Shown piece by piece: positions 32,745 through 42,618 of a stretch of DNA of 64,000 bases. The stretch covers positions 6,718 through 70,717 of the forward strand of contig JBMOIP010000022.1 of assembly GCA_049317265.1 (NCBI GenBank). Direction: 5' to 3'. How positions within the stretch are numbered: position 1 is the first letter of the stretch; each line of letters opens with the position of its first letter. Both the position numbers and the translations under genes were made by a program. The notes beneath the pieces were generated by a model. It was given only the letters and a program-made list of their open reading frames with translations. It had not been told where the DNA came from and made no database searches. The DNA is from Bacteroidales bacterium (GTDB lineage Bacteria; Bacteroidota; Bacteroidia; Bacteroidales; FEN-979).

Positions 32745-34265
32745 TCAGATGTAGTTTTCATTCATTCGCCTGATGCGCTGGTTTTTGCGTGACTGATAAC
32801 GGCCCATCCCGTAACCAATGATCAAAAGGATCGGGAGGAGAAAGTTGAGGTATTTCAGCATGGCCTTTTTCCCATCTTCCATCTGGTCGATGGGGCGTGA
32901 GGTAATCTCTTTGGTGCGCAGGTCGATCAGCCCGGTATCGTCTGATAACCAGTCGATAGAGTTGACCATAAGGTTAAGGTTGTCGGGCGGGATCTGCCTG
33001 GCCTGCTGGCCCTCTCCGTTGGAAGGGAAGTCGCCGTCGGAAATCACGATCATCCTGGAGGTCATACCCCCGGAAAGTTTTCCCTGCACAAGTGCGCATA
33101 CGGTGAGCCCGGAACGCGGGAAGTCCTGCAACTGCCAGTTCCGGTTGATGTTAAAGGTTAATGGTGGATTTTCCGTTCCCGACTTGTCCGAAGTTGTGGC
33201 CAGCGAGGTGAAGGTTATATCTCCCCCGGGCGATGTGAAATCGATGGAACTGACAAACTGGAACAACACAGAGGTGAGTCCTTTGGTCACCGGGTGATCG
33301 GCGAATTTCGTGATGATGGGGAGATAAGGAAATCTCAGGTTCGACTGAAAAGTCATGTAACCCTGCTGCTGATTCACGGTGACACTTCCGCAGTTCTGGT
33401 CGACGATGAAGTTGGGGTTGACTTTGACACCCTTGGTCAGCAACCACTGCTCCAGGCCGGTTTTCAGCTCCGTTCCTGAAGCGGTCTGCAGGTCCCCGTT
33501 GACCCTGTTCATGGCGATGCAGATGCTTTTCCCGGTTGACAGGAATTCATCGAGTTTTGCCAGGTGGGCCGGGGGAAAGCTGTCACGGGGACTGATGATG
33601 ACCAGCGTTTTGTAGTTGGCCAGGTTGACGGAAACCTGGTCAAGGTTCACCGGTTCAGCATCATAGAGGACCATGAGTGTTTGCATTACCTGGGCCAGTG
33701 CATTTGGAGAAGTCTCTCCATGTCCTGTGACGATTCCAACCTTTGGCTTATTTTCAACGGTCATCTTTTTGATGCTGGTGGAGAGGCTGTATTCCATGGC
33801 CGATCCGGCCTGGATGAACGGGATGACCTCTTTCTTGTCACCGTAATGAACCACCGCCCCCATGTAGGCCTTCTGCTGCTTCACCTGGTCTTTTTCCCGC
33901 ACGTTGATCAGTACAGGGTTGATTCCCTCCTGCATCGTTTTTTGTTCGGTTGCGTCATCTTTATTCGGGTTGGTGAATTCGAAAACAACTTTTCCTTTCG
34001 AACGGTTGGAATATTCGATGAGCTCCTCCCTGAAATCACGCCTGAGCTGGGAAAACTGCTGCGGCAGCTCCTCGCTGATGTATGCTGTTACAGTAACCGG
34101 CTGCTTCAGCGAGCCAAGGATGTTCTTCGTGGCTTCACTGAGGGTATACCTTTTGTCGGCGGTAAAATCAAGCCGGAGAAAGAAACGGTCAGCAAGGAGA
34201 TTGACTAAAATGATCACCCCGATTATCATTAATATGTAGGTATAAATCGATTTATTGCTCTTCAT
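32745..34265 (-). CDS. gldG: GldG-like ABC-transporter auxiliary component
   Basis: N- and C-terminal TM anchors around a large periplasmic domain. Lies immediately downstream of gldA and gldF. Confidence 0.75.
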   Translation of the reverse strand: MKSNKSIYTYILMIIGVIILVNLLADRFFLRLDFTADKRYTLSEATKNILGSLKQPVTVTAYISEELPQQFSQLRRDFREELIEYSNRSKGKVVFEFTNPNKDDATEQKTMQEGINPVLINVREKDQVKQQKAYMGAVVHYGDKKEVIPFIQAGSAMEYSLSTSIKKMTVENKPKVGIVTGHGETSPNALAQVMQTLMVLYDAEPVNLDQVSVNLANYKTLVIISPRDSFPPAHLAKLDEFLSTGKSICIAMNRVNGDLQTASGTELKTGLEQWLLTKGVKVNPNFIVDQNCGSVTVNQQQGYMTFQSNLRFPYLPIITKFADHPVTKGLTSVLFQFVSSIDFTSPGGDITFTSLATTSDKSGTENPPLTFNINRNWQLQDFPRSGLTVCALVQGKLSGGMTSRMIVISDGDFPSNGEGQQARQIPPDNLNLMVNSIDWLSDDTGLIDLRTKEITSRPIDQMEDGKKAMLKYLNFLLPILLIIGYGMGRYQSRKNQRIRRMNENYI

Positions 34266-34303
34266 GATGATATCCTGTTTAATAGTTAAACAATTTCCCT
34301 GGA

Positions 34304-35029
34304 TTAATTTGAACCATGCCGCCTCGATAAAACCAGTTCGGTACCAAGGAGCCCGGCGAAAATGATGGAGAGAAAATAGAGGATGTCTTTTGAGTCGATC
34401 ACCCCCCGCGCCATCGATTCATAATGGGTGGCAAGGCTCAGGTAACCGAGCAGGCCGGCAAACCATCCTCCCGAACTGCTGCTGACAAGGCTGAAGATGA
34501 GATGGAAAAAGATCCCGATGAAAAGCGCAACCAGGAAGGCAACAATCTGGTTATTGGTTATGCTGCTGGTAAACAGGCCGATGCTGATATACGAAGCGCT
34601 CATAAAGAGCAACCCGAGGTAACCCATCATCACCGCACTGTGATCGATCTTGCCTATGCTGGCAACGGTTATGTAATAGGGAAGGGTGAGGGCAAGAGTA
34701 ATACCTATGAGAAGGAATGCTGCCAGGAATTTTCCGGCAATGATCTGCCAGTCGCTCACAGGTTTTGTGACCAGCAACTCAATGGTTCCCGATTTCTGCT
34801 CTTCCGACAGCAGGCCCATGGTAATGGCCGGGATGAAAAAAAAGAGGGTCCAGAAGGAGATGCCGAAAAAGGATTGCAGGCTTGCCTGCCCTACAAGGAA
34901 GATATCACTTCCGAAGATCCAGGTGAAAAAGCCGCTGAATCCGAGGAACAGTACGATCATGACATAGGCCATCAGTGAGTCGAAGAATGACCTTAGCTCT
35001 CTTTTTGTGATGATCCAGATCTTGTTCAT
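34304..35029 (-). CDS. gldF: GldF-like ABC-2 permease
   Basis: Start set to 'MNKIWIITKRELRSFFDSLMAYV', followed by six hydrophobic spans. Confidence 0.8.
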   Translation of the reverse strand: MNKIWIITKRELRSFFDSLMAYVMIVLFLGFSGFFTWIFGSDIFLVGQASLQSFFGISFWTLFFFIPAITMGLLSEEQKSGTIELLVTKPVSDWQIIAGKFLAAFLLIGITLALTLPYYITVASIGKIDHSAVMMGYLGLLFMSASYISIGLFTSSITNNQIVAFLVALFIGIFFHLIFSLVSSSSGGWFAGLLGYLSLATHYESMARGVIDSKDILYFLSIIFAGLLGTELVLSRRHGSN

Positions 35030-35090
35030 ATACGTTAATATTTCAATTTTAGTTGAGTGAATTGTTGTTTGTTGATGTATGGTCAAAATG

Positions 35091-36023
35091 TTAGTTGGTA
35101 ATCGTCAGATCGCGGAACACCTCTTCAAGTTTACGCTCTACCGGGGTCATCTCCGTGAGCGACCATCCTTTCTCCACACACAGCCTGAAGATGGCTTTAC
35201 GCGAATTCATGGCTGCCTTGCTTTGCACTTCAAAAGCCTGGGTGTATTGTGGGAGAACATCGACGAGTTCAACGGTTTCAAGACCCTGGAGGCTCCGGTA
35301 AATCTCTTCATGGATGCCATCTTCGATGGTCACTTTAACGATCTCCTTGTCCTGGGCCTGTTTCCGAAGGGTGTTTGCTGTGCCGTCAGCCACCAGCTTG
35401 CCTTTGCTGATGATCAGGATACGGTCGCACGTGGCTTCCACTTCAGCAAGGATATGAGAACTGAGAATAACAGTCTTTTCGCGGCCAATTCTCTTGATGA
35501 GCTCCCTGATCTCTACGATCTGGTTGGGGTCGAGTCCTGAGGTCGGCTCATCGAGGATGAGGATTTCGGGATCATGGATCAGGGCCTGTGCAAGACCGAC
35601 ACGTTGCTGGTAACCCTTGGAGAGTTCGTTGATTTTTTTGTATTTTTCGCTTTTCAGGCCACAAACCTGCACCATCTCAAATATGCGGTCATGTATTCTG
35701 GATGCCGGCACACCCTGGATTTCGGCCACAAACCGGAGGTAGTCGATCACCGGCATATCCTTGTAGAGCGGATTCGTCTCAGGAAGGTAACCAATGTGTT
35801 TTTTCACAGCCTCAGGATTTGCTTTTACTGAAATGCCCCCAACCTTCACATCACCTTCATTAGGTGCCATAAAGCAGGTGATGATTTTCATGGTGGTCGT
35901 TTTCCCGGCACCGTTCGGTCCCAGGAAGCCGACAATCTCACCGGTATCCACCTTGAACGAGATGCTGTCGACCGCCTTCTGAAATCCATAAATTTTCGTC
36001 AGATTTTCAACACTTACTTCCAT
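35091..36023 (-). CDS. gldA: GldA-like ABC ATPase
   Basis: Walker A 'GPNGAGKTT', signature 'LSKGYQQR' and Walker B 'ILILDEP'. Confidence 0.85.
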   Translation of the reverse strand: MEVSVENLTKIYGFQKAVDSISFKVDTGEIVGFLGPNGAGKTTTMKIITCFMAPNEGDVKVGGISVKANPEAVKKHIGYLPETNPLYKDMPVIDYLRFVAEIQGVPASRIHDRIFEMVQVCGLKSEKYKKINELSKGYQQRVGLAQALIHDPEILILDEPTSGLDPNQIVEIRELIKRIGREKTVILSSHILAEVEATCDRILIISKGKLVADGTANTLRKQAQDKEIVKVTIEDGIHEEIYRSLQGLETVELVDVLPQYTQAFEVQSKAAMNSRKAIFRLCVEKGWSLTEMTPVERKLEEVFRDLTITN

Positions 36024-36088
36024 AAGTAGTTCATTTTAAATGGATGATGAAAAATAAAATCGGGCGCAAAAATAAAAAAAAAGTTATT

Positions 36089-37282
36089 TCAGCAGCTCAT
36101 CTCCCCTGCATTTTTTTTTGCTGACAGCAAGTTGTAGGCTCCTTTGATAACAACCCTGGAGCTCTTCAAATCAAACCCTGTCGGTAGCCTCACTTCGCTG
36201 AAACCGTTATCCGTTACCCCTTTCTGAATTTCAACCATCCTGTATTCAGTGAATTGCTTCCCGTTCTCCTCCTTGTTCCGGCTGAAAACGAAAATGTAGT
36301 CTTTGTCATCGAAGCTTACAATCGCCTCCGAAGGAAGCGAGGCCACCTGGTTCGCAGATGCCTCAATCGTAGCATTGACGTACATTCCCGGCATCAGGTT
36401 CTTGCATTGCTCGGTAACGGTTGCATATACTTTATAGGTCTTGTCGGCACTGACCGACCTGCCGGTCTGCGAAATCACCGCATCGTGCTGCTCGGTCTCG
36501 TTGTTGATGAAGAAACGGATCCGCTGCCCGGCCGTTACTTTATCAGCATCTTTCTCAAAAAGCGTAAGTTCCAGGTAGAGCTTATCGCTGTTAACGATCT
36601 CAAAAAGGACATCGGTAGGCGCTACATATTTTCCAATATTGATGTTCACCGACTTTACAAAGCCGGAAATCGGGGAAACCACTGCAACTGAACTGCTGAT
36701 ATCATCCTCATGTAAGTTAGCCGGATTGATGCCGATCAGCGCCAGTTTCTGCTCCAGGGCTTTAACTTTAGCCTTCAGGCTTTTGTATTCGGCGGTGACT
36801 TTCTGCAGGTTTTGCTGTGAATAGACATCTTCCTTATAGAGTTCCGTGTGTCGTTTAAATTCAGCTTCTGCAAATTCCAGGCTGCTCTTCGCTTCAAGGT
36901 AATTTTGCTGAACATCAACGAAATCCTGATTTTCCAGGATGGCCAGTGTTTGTCCCTTTTTTACTGCATTCCCGGGCATCAGCATGGCACTTTTGACAAA
37001 ACCGCCAAAGGGCATGCAAACCGTTGCAAGATTCTCAGGGGATACCCCGACCGATCCGTTTACCTTGAGGTTGCCACTGAGTGAACGCAACTCAATGGTT
37101 CCTGTTTCAATACCTGCCAGTTTGATCTGGTCGTCTCTCAATTCAACGATATCCGGTGGTAAATTCTCTTCAGACTCAGTTTCCGGATTGGCTTTTTTCC
37201 CTCCGGTACATGAGACCAGAAGAAACAGGAGTAACATAATGGTTAGTGAGGAAGTGATTCGGTTTAAAGAGTTGTTTTTCAT
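36089..37282 (-). CDS. RND efflux periplasmic adaptor (CzcB/HlyD family) lipoprotein
   Basis: Lipobox 'LLVSCTGG', a coiled-coil hairpin region and beta-barrel domains. Lies 3 nt downstream of the pump gene. Confidence 0.85.
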   Translation of the reverse strand: MKNNSLNRITSSLTIMLLLFLLVSCTGGKKANPETESEENLPPDIVELRDDQIKLAGIETGTIELRSLSGNLKVNGSVGVSPENLATVCMPFGGFVKSAMLMPGNAVKKGQTLAILENQDFVDVQQNYLEAKSSLEFAEAEFKRHTELYKEDVYSQQNLQKVTAEYKSLKAKVKALEQKLALIGINPANLHEDDISSSVAVVSPISGFVKSVNINIGKYVAPTDVLFEIVNSDKLYLELTLFEKDADKVTAGQRIRFFINNETEQHDAVISQTGRSVSADKTYKVYATVTEQCKNLMPGMYVNATIEASANQVASLPSEAIVSFDDKDYIFVFSRNKEENGKQFTEYRMVEIQKGVTDNGFSEVRLPTGFDLKSSRVVIKGAYNLLSAKKNAGEMSC

Positions 37283-37285
37283 ACT

Positions 37286-40200
37286 TTAGTATAATTTACC
37301 GGTGATATTTTCAATGTTGATGATGGTCTGATTGTAACTGTTCAGCGCATCCAGGTAACTTTGCCTGATATCCAGCGCCCTGTTAAGGGTAATGATGTAT
37401 TCAAGGTAATCGAGGCCACCGGCCTTAAAACTTCGGGTCGCCTGGTCGATGATGAGATTTGCTTCAGGCGTTGCCTGTTGTTCATAATAGTCAACACTTG
37501 AAGCGTATTTTGCAAATTCGTCAAGAAGTGATCTGTAGTTGCTTTTCAGTGAGATTTCATAATCTTCCGCATCGGTTTGCGAGGCCAGTTCCTGGATTCT
37601 GGCAGCTTTGTTTTTTGAAACTGAAGGCCCAAACCAAACCGGGATAGAAACTCCGGCCTGCACACCTGAGAACCGATAACCCTTGTCGAAGGTACGTTCA
37701 ACACCCTCGGCCTCCTGTGTTCCAAGCATTGTTTGGCTGAAATATCCAACACTGAGGTCCGGCATCATCCTGCTCTGCTCCAGGCGCTTTGCAATTTGAG
37801 CTTTTTCTGCCTGTTGCCTTATATATTCCATATAGGGGTTTGATACAGTAAGCAAACTGTCGCCCGGGGATTGAAAGGCAAGCCTGCGTAAAAGCGTGTC
37901 GGATGGGGCAACCTTTGCATCAGAATGAATCAGGGTTTGCAATTTCCGCAAATAGATACCTTCATCGACCATTACCTGCTGCAACTGGTTTTTTACTTCG
38001 ATGTGCTGGGTTCTGGCAGTAATCATCTCCAGCCGGTTGGTTTCACCGCTCCTGGCCCTCAGTTCGGCGGCTCTTGAGAAGCCGGAATAGAGACTGTCCT
38101 GGTAAAGGAGCAGTTTGTACTTTGAGTAGAGGTAGGCCAGTTGCCAGTAGACCTGTTTGACCTGGGTGGCAACTTCAAGTTTTGTTCCCTGGAGCTGCCA
38201 TTCAGCGCTTTTCATATTCGCATCGGCCAGCCGGCGCTGGTTTATATACACCGTAGGGAAGGAAAAATCCTGGGATATCGTAAAACTATTGTCCATCCGG
38301 TATGAATTGAACTGGCCGTATTGCCCTTCAATGACGGTTTTGGGAATATCCCAGGAGGCGCCCTTCAACGCTTTCTGAGCGTCCGCTGAATAGTTTGCCG
38401 AACGGATCGAAAGGTTGTGGTCCAGCGCCTGCCGGATGGCCTCCTGCAGGGTGATCTTCTTATAATCCTGGGCTGATGCCCGGTTGTAAATGGACGAAAG
38501 AAAGATCAGTGGTAAAATCAAGGCGACGATCTTCATGGTTCTCTTTTTAAAAATGTTCATGATAGAACCAGCGGAAAAAACGAGATAGAATACCGGCAGG
38601 ATGAATAGTGTCAGCAATGTGGCGCTAACCAGTCCGCCAATGACCACGGTCGCCAGTGGCTTCTGAACCTCTGCTCCCGCAGAAACCGATAAGGCCATTG
38701 GAAGAAACCCGAGCGAGGCTACCGCTGCAGTCATGATCACCGGACGCAACCGGCTATGCAACCCTTTCATGATCCGTTGGGTGATGTCGGAGACGCCCTC
38801 CTGTTCCAGCCGGTTGAATTCGGCGATCAATACGATGCCATTCAGCACGGCGACACCAAAAAGGGCAATAAATCCGACACCCGCCGAAATCGAGAAATTC
38901 ATGTCACGCAACCAAAGGGCAAAAATTCCTCCAATGGCCGACATCGGCACAGTGGTGAAGATGATGAGGGTTTGAGTCACCGAATGGAAGGCAAAGTACA
39001 ACAGGACAAAAATGAGTAACAGCGCCACCGGAACGGCAATGGCCAGCCTGTTTTTGGCGGCTTCCAGGTTCTTGAACTGGCCACCATAAGAGATATAATA
39101 GCCGGTCGGAAATTTGATTTGCTGATCAATTTTCGAGGTTACTTCCCCGATCACGCTTGCCACATCCCGGTTGCGTACGTTAAACCCAACAGTGATACGT
39201 CTTTTCGTGTCCTCCCGCGATACCTGCGCCGGTCCCGACCTGATTGAGATATCGGCAACCTGGTCAAAGGGCAGCTGCGATCCGTTGGGCAGGGCTACCG
39301 TGAGGTTTTTCACGTCGTCGAGATTCTGCCGATAGTCCTTGTCAAGTCGGACCACCATTCCAAACCGTTTCTCTTCATCGTAAACAACCCCGGCCTGGCT
39401 TCCAGCAAAAGCAGAACGCAGCAGCTTGTTGACTTCATCCACCGAGAGGCCGTACTGGGCAAGCCGGTCGCGGTTGAAATCCACCTGAACCTGGGCCAGA
39501 CCTGTTACTTTTTCCACGTTGATATCTTCCACACCTTCAACCTGCCGGATGATTTTTTCCACTTCAGTGGCCTTATCGGCCAGGGTGTTGAGGTTGTCGC
39601 CGAAAATTTTTATGGCAATATCCTGCTTTGAACCCGTCATCAACTCATTGAAACGCATCTGGATCGGCTGCTGGAATTCAAATTTCACCCCTGCAAGCGT
39701 TACCAGTTTCTCCTGCATCTTCTCAACCAGCTCCTCCCTGGATGTTGCGGATGTCCATTCACTTTTATCCTTCAGCGTGATGATATAATCGCCAGTCTCC
39801 ATCGGCGTGGGGTCGGTGGGAATCTCTCCTGCGCCGATCTTGCATACGGTGTGCCTGATTTCAGGGAAGTTCTCCAGCAGTATCCTGTTGGCTTTGATCA
39901 CCATGTCAACCGTGTTGGTAAGTGATCCGCCCTGGAGGGTGATGACACTCGATGCAAGGTCGCCCTCCTCGAGCTGTGGAATGAATTCACCCCCAAGCCG
40001 GTTGAAAACAAGCAGGCTGAAGATGAACATCCCGAGCGCCACGGCAGAAACGGCCAGTTTATGTTTCAGGGTCCATCCTATGACAGGGTTGAACCCTTTC
40101 TGAATCCACTCCATCAGCCGGTCTGAAATGTTCCGCTTATGAACGGTTTTTTTACTGAGAAACAACGCTGATGCCATCGGGACATACGACAGCGACAGAA

Positions 40201-41677
40201 CCCCGGCTCCGAGGATGGCGAATACCACCACCTGGGCCATGGGCCTGAACATCTTTCCTTCGATGCCGACCAATGCCATGATGGGCAGGTAGACGATCAA
40301 AATGATAAGTTGCCCGAAGGTTGCGGAACTCATCATGCGGCGGGCCGATTCAAAGACATTCTCATCCATCTGGGCCTGCGTAAGCCTTGTCACACCGGTA
40401 TGGTGATGCCTGCTCAGGAAAATCCTGTGCACCACGCTTTCAACGATGATTACCGCCCCGTCGACGATCAGCCCGAAGTCAATGGCTCCCAGGCTCATCA
40501 GGTTACCGGAAACGCCGAAAAGATTCATCAATGAAATGGCAAACAACATCGAAAGCGGGATCACGGAAGCAACAATCAGTCCGGCCCTGATGTTACCAAG
40601 GAGCAGCACAAGGATGAAAATTACGATGAGGGCTCCTTCGATCAGGTTCGTTGAAACCGTGCCGATGGCCCGGCTCACAAGGTCGGACCGGTTCAGAAAT
40701 GGTTCAATGGTGACCCCTTTAGGTAACGATTTTTGTATCGACAAAATCCGGTTTTCAACCTTTTCGATCACCTCATGGGCGTTGGCCCCTTTCAGCATCA
40801 TGACCACACCGCCTACGGACTCAGAGGTGTCCACCACAAAGGCTCCGTACCGGGTAGCGCTTCCGAATTGAACGGTTGCAAGATCGCGTATCAGCACAGG
40901 AACGCCTGATGCAGTGGTTTTTACGACAATTTTCTCAATATCTTCCAGCGTTTTAACCAGCCCGATTCCCCGGATGAAATAGGCGGTTGGCTTTTTATCT
41001 ATATAGGCGCTGCCGGTGTTTTCATTGTTTTTTTCAAGTGCCTGGAAAATATCGGTAAGGGTGAGGTTCATCCCCCTGAGCCGTTCGGGGTTCACGGCAA
41101 TTTCGTACTGCTTCACAAAGCCGCCATAGCTGTTGATATCAGCAACCCCGGGTGTGCCGAGCATTTCACGGCGAACAACCCAGTCCTGGATGGTACGCAG
41201 CTCCATGGGAGGAAACTGTTTTTCAAATCCCTTTGCCACGGCCAGCCTGTACTGGTAAATCTCTCCCAGCCCGGAGCTGATGGGTGCAAGTTCAATTTTT
41301 GCCATCCCGGCCGGGATATCCTCTTCAGCCTCCTTTAACCGTTCGCCGAGTTGCTGCCGGGCCCAGTAAACATCCACGCCATCTTTAAAGACGACGGTAA
41401 CAACCGACAATCCCAACCTCGAAATGGATCGCAACTCCACAATGTCGGGGATATTTGCCACCGCTACCTCTATCGGGGCGGTAATGAAACTCTCCACTTC
41501 CTGAACCGCCAGGGATGGCGCGAGGGAGATCACCTGGACCTGGTTGTTGGTAATGTCGGGGATGGCATCAATGGGAAGGTTCATCAGGGAGTAACTTCCC
41601 CAGCCAATCAGCGCTGTTACAAACAGCCCGATGATGAACTTGTTTTTAATGGAGAAATAAATAATACGTTCTATCAT
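37286..41677 (-). CDS. CusA/CzcA-type heavy-metal RND pump fused in frame to a TolC-like outer-membrane factor
   Basis: The first ~1045 aa are a typical CzcA ('MIERIIYFSIKNKF...AIPDITNNQVQV'). From internal Met 38536, 'MKIVALILPLIFLSSIYNRASAQ' is followed by OMF repeats ('LQEAIRQALDHNLSIR', 'LDALNSYNQT'). Confidence 0.85.
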   Translation of the reverse strand: MIERIIYFSIKNKFIIGLFVTALIGWGSYSLMNLPIDAIPDITNNQVQVISLAPSLAVQEVESFITAPIEVAVANIPDIVELRSISRLGLSVVTVVFKDGVDVYWARQQLGERLKEAEEDIPAGMAKIELAPISSGLGEIYQYRLAVAKGFEKQFPPMELRTIQDWVVRREMLGTPGVADINSYGGFVKQYEIAVNPERLRGMNLTLTDIFQALEKNNENTGSAYIDKKPTAYFIRGIGLVKTLEDIEKIVVKTTASGVPVLIRDLATVQFGSATRYGAFVVDTSESVGGVVMMLKGANAHEVIEKVENRILSIQKSLPKGVTIEPFLNRSDLVSRAIGTVSTNLIEGALIVIFILVLLLGNIRAGLIVASVIPLSMLFAISLMNLFGVSGNLMSLGAIDFGLIVDGAVIIVESVVHRIFLSRHHHTGVTRLTQAQMDENVFESARRMMSSATFGQLIILIVYLPIMALVGIEGKMFRPMAQVVVFAILGAGVLSLSYVPMASALFLSKKTVHKRNISDRLMEWIQKGFNPVIGWTLKHKLAVSAVALGMFIFSLLVFNRLGGEFIPQLEEGDLASSVITLQGGSLTNTVDMVIKANRILLENFPEIRHTVCKIGAGEIPTDPTPMETGDYIITLKDKSEWTSATSREELVEKMQEKLVTLAGVKFEFQQPIQMRFNELMTGSKQDIAIKIFGDNLNTLADKATEVEKIIRQVEGVEDINVEKVTGLAQVQVDFNRDRLAQYGLSVDEVNKLLRSAFAGSQAGVVYDEEKRFGMVVRLDKDYRQNLDDVKNLTVALPNGSQLPFDQVADISIRSGPAQVSREDTKRRITVGFNVRNRDVASVIGEVTSKIDQQIKFPTGYYISYGGQFKNLEAAKNRLAIAVPVALLLIFVLLYFAFHSVTQTLIIFTTVPMSAIGGIFALWLRDMNFSISAGVGFIALFGVAVLNGIVLIAEFNRLEQEGVSDITQRIMKGLHSRLRPVIMTAAVASLGFLPMALSVSAGAEVQKPLATVVIGGLVSATLLTLFILPVFYLVFSAGSIMNIFKKRTMKIVALILPLIFLSSIYNRASAQDYKKITLQEAIRQALDHNLSIRSANYSADAQKALKGASWDIPKTVIEGQYGQFNSYRMDNSFTISQDFSFPTVYINQRRLADANMKSAEWQLQGTKLEVATQVKQVYWQLAYLYSKYKLLLYQDSLYSGFSRAAELRARSGETNRLEMITARTQHIEVKNQLQQVMVDEGIYLRKLQTLIHSDAKVAPSDTLLRRLAFQSPGDSLLTVSNPYMEYIRQQAEKAQIAKRLEQSRMMPDLSVGYFSQTMLGTQEAEGVERTFDKGYRFSGVQAGVSIPVWFGPSVSKNKAARIQELASQTDAEDYEISLKSNYRSLLDEFAKYASSVDYYEQQATPEANLIIDQATRSFKAGGLDYLEYIITLNRALDIRQSYLDALNSYNQTIINIENITGKLY

Positions 41678-41801
41678 GATAATAATCAGTTAGATAATCT
41701 GTCTGGTGTTTAGCCTTGGGATAAAGTCCACGCAATACTGCACAGGTTATTTGATCTTTCTTTTAGATCAACCTGGAATAGAAAAGTATAAGCTGGTAGT
41801 G

Positions 41802-42113
41802 TTAACCTATTTTAGGCGGTTGCCAGAAGGTCACGGCAAAAAAGGAGGTGATTTGAGAGGATTCTGAAATGATGGAACGCTGGAAGGTGAAAAAGGGGTG
41901 GGTGATGCCAGTGGTTGCTAAAAGTGTCACAGGCACACTGCAACATGAACAGATGCAGAAGGGAGAACATGCATCGGCATGGTCGGCCGGGGCACCTGCT
42001 TGGTGATGTTCTGTTTGTCCGCACTCCTGCCGGAGTGTTAACACCTCATCAACACATGGCGCAGAGGCCAGGCAGAAGATGTAGACACTCAAGAGGAAGG
42101 CAAAAGGTTTCAT
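41802..42113 (-). CDS. Small Cys/His-rich membrane-anchored protein (metal-efflux-associated, DUF6660-like)
   Basis: 'MKPFAFLLSVYIFCLASAPC' is followed by 'HADACSPFCICSCCS'. The listed start at 42122 is the TTG of the promoter box. Confidence 0.55.
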   Translation of the reverse strand: MKPFAFLLSVYIFCLASAPCVDEVLTLRQECGQTEHHQAGAPADHADACSPFCICSCCSVPVTLLATTGITHPFFTFQRSIISESSQITSFFAVTFWQPPKIG

Positions 42114-42119
42114 GAACTG

Positions 42120-42127
42120 CAAAGTTA
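42120..42127 (-). promoter_or_regulatory. -7 box TAACTTTG
   Basis: Exact TAnnTTTG on the minus strand, only 6 nt before ATG 42113. Confidence 0.3.
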
Positions 42128-42237
42128 TCTATTTTTCCGTCATCATCAACGATTTCGATTACCAGGGGCAGTTTTTTTGTGATTTCCCGGCAGGATGAAA
42201 AATCACATTAATTTCATTCAGCTTAAATTTGTATGAT

Positions 42238-42618
42238 TTATATAGCTTTAAGGATGAGTGTGTTGCCAAGAAAGGTTGCCAGGAGCCCAAGGAAAACGCT
42301 TAAACCTGCATAAAGCGCGAAGTAGAAAAAGTTGCCGTCCTTCACCAGGGCGAGATTTTCAGCGGCGAAGGCTGAAAATGTGGTAAACCCTCCGCAGAAT
42401 CCGACCGTGAGGAACATTCTCCATTCGGGGCTGAGGAGATCTCCCTTTTGTGACAATCCCAGGAAAATGCCTATCAGCAGGCATCCTGCAATGTTTACGA
42501 GGAAGGTGCCAAAAGGAAACGATGAGAGAAAAAGATTTTGAAAGTACCTGGAAGCGAGGAAGCGTGCTACGGTTCCCAAAAATCCGCCAGTACCTGCAAT
42601 GAGGATTAGTTTTATCAT
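42238..42618 (-). CDS. crcB: Fluoride channel CrcB/FluC
   Basis: 'GGFLGTVARF', 'GFCGGFTTFSAF' and four TM segments. An ATGA overlap joins it to xdhB. Confidence 0.9.
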   Translation of the reverse strand: MIKLILIAGTGGFLGTVARFLASRYFQNLFLSSFPFGTFLVNIAGCLLIGIFLGLSQKGDLLSPEWRMFLTVGFCGGFTTFSAFAAENLALVKDGNFFYFALYAGLSVFLGLLATFLGNTLILKAI

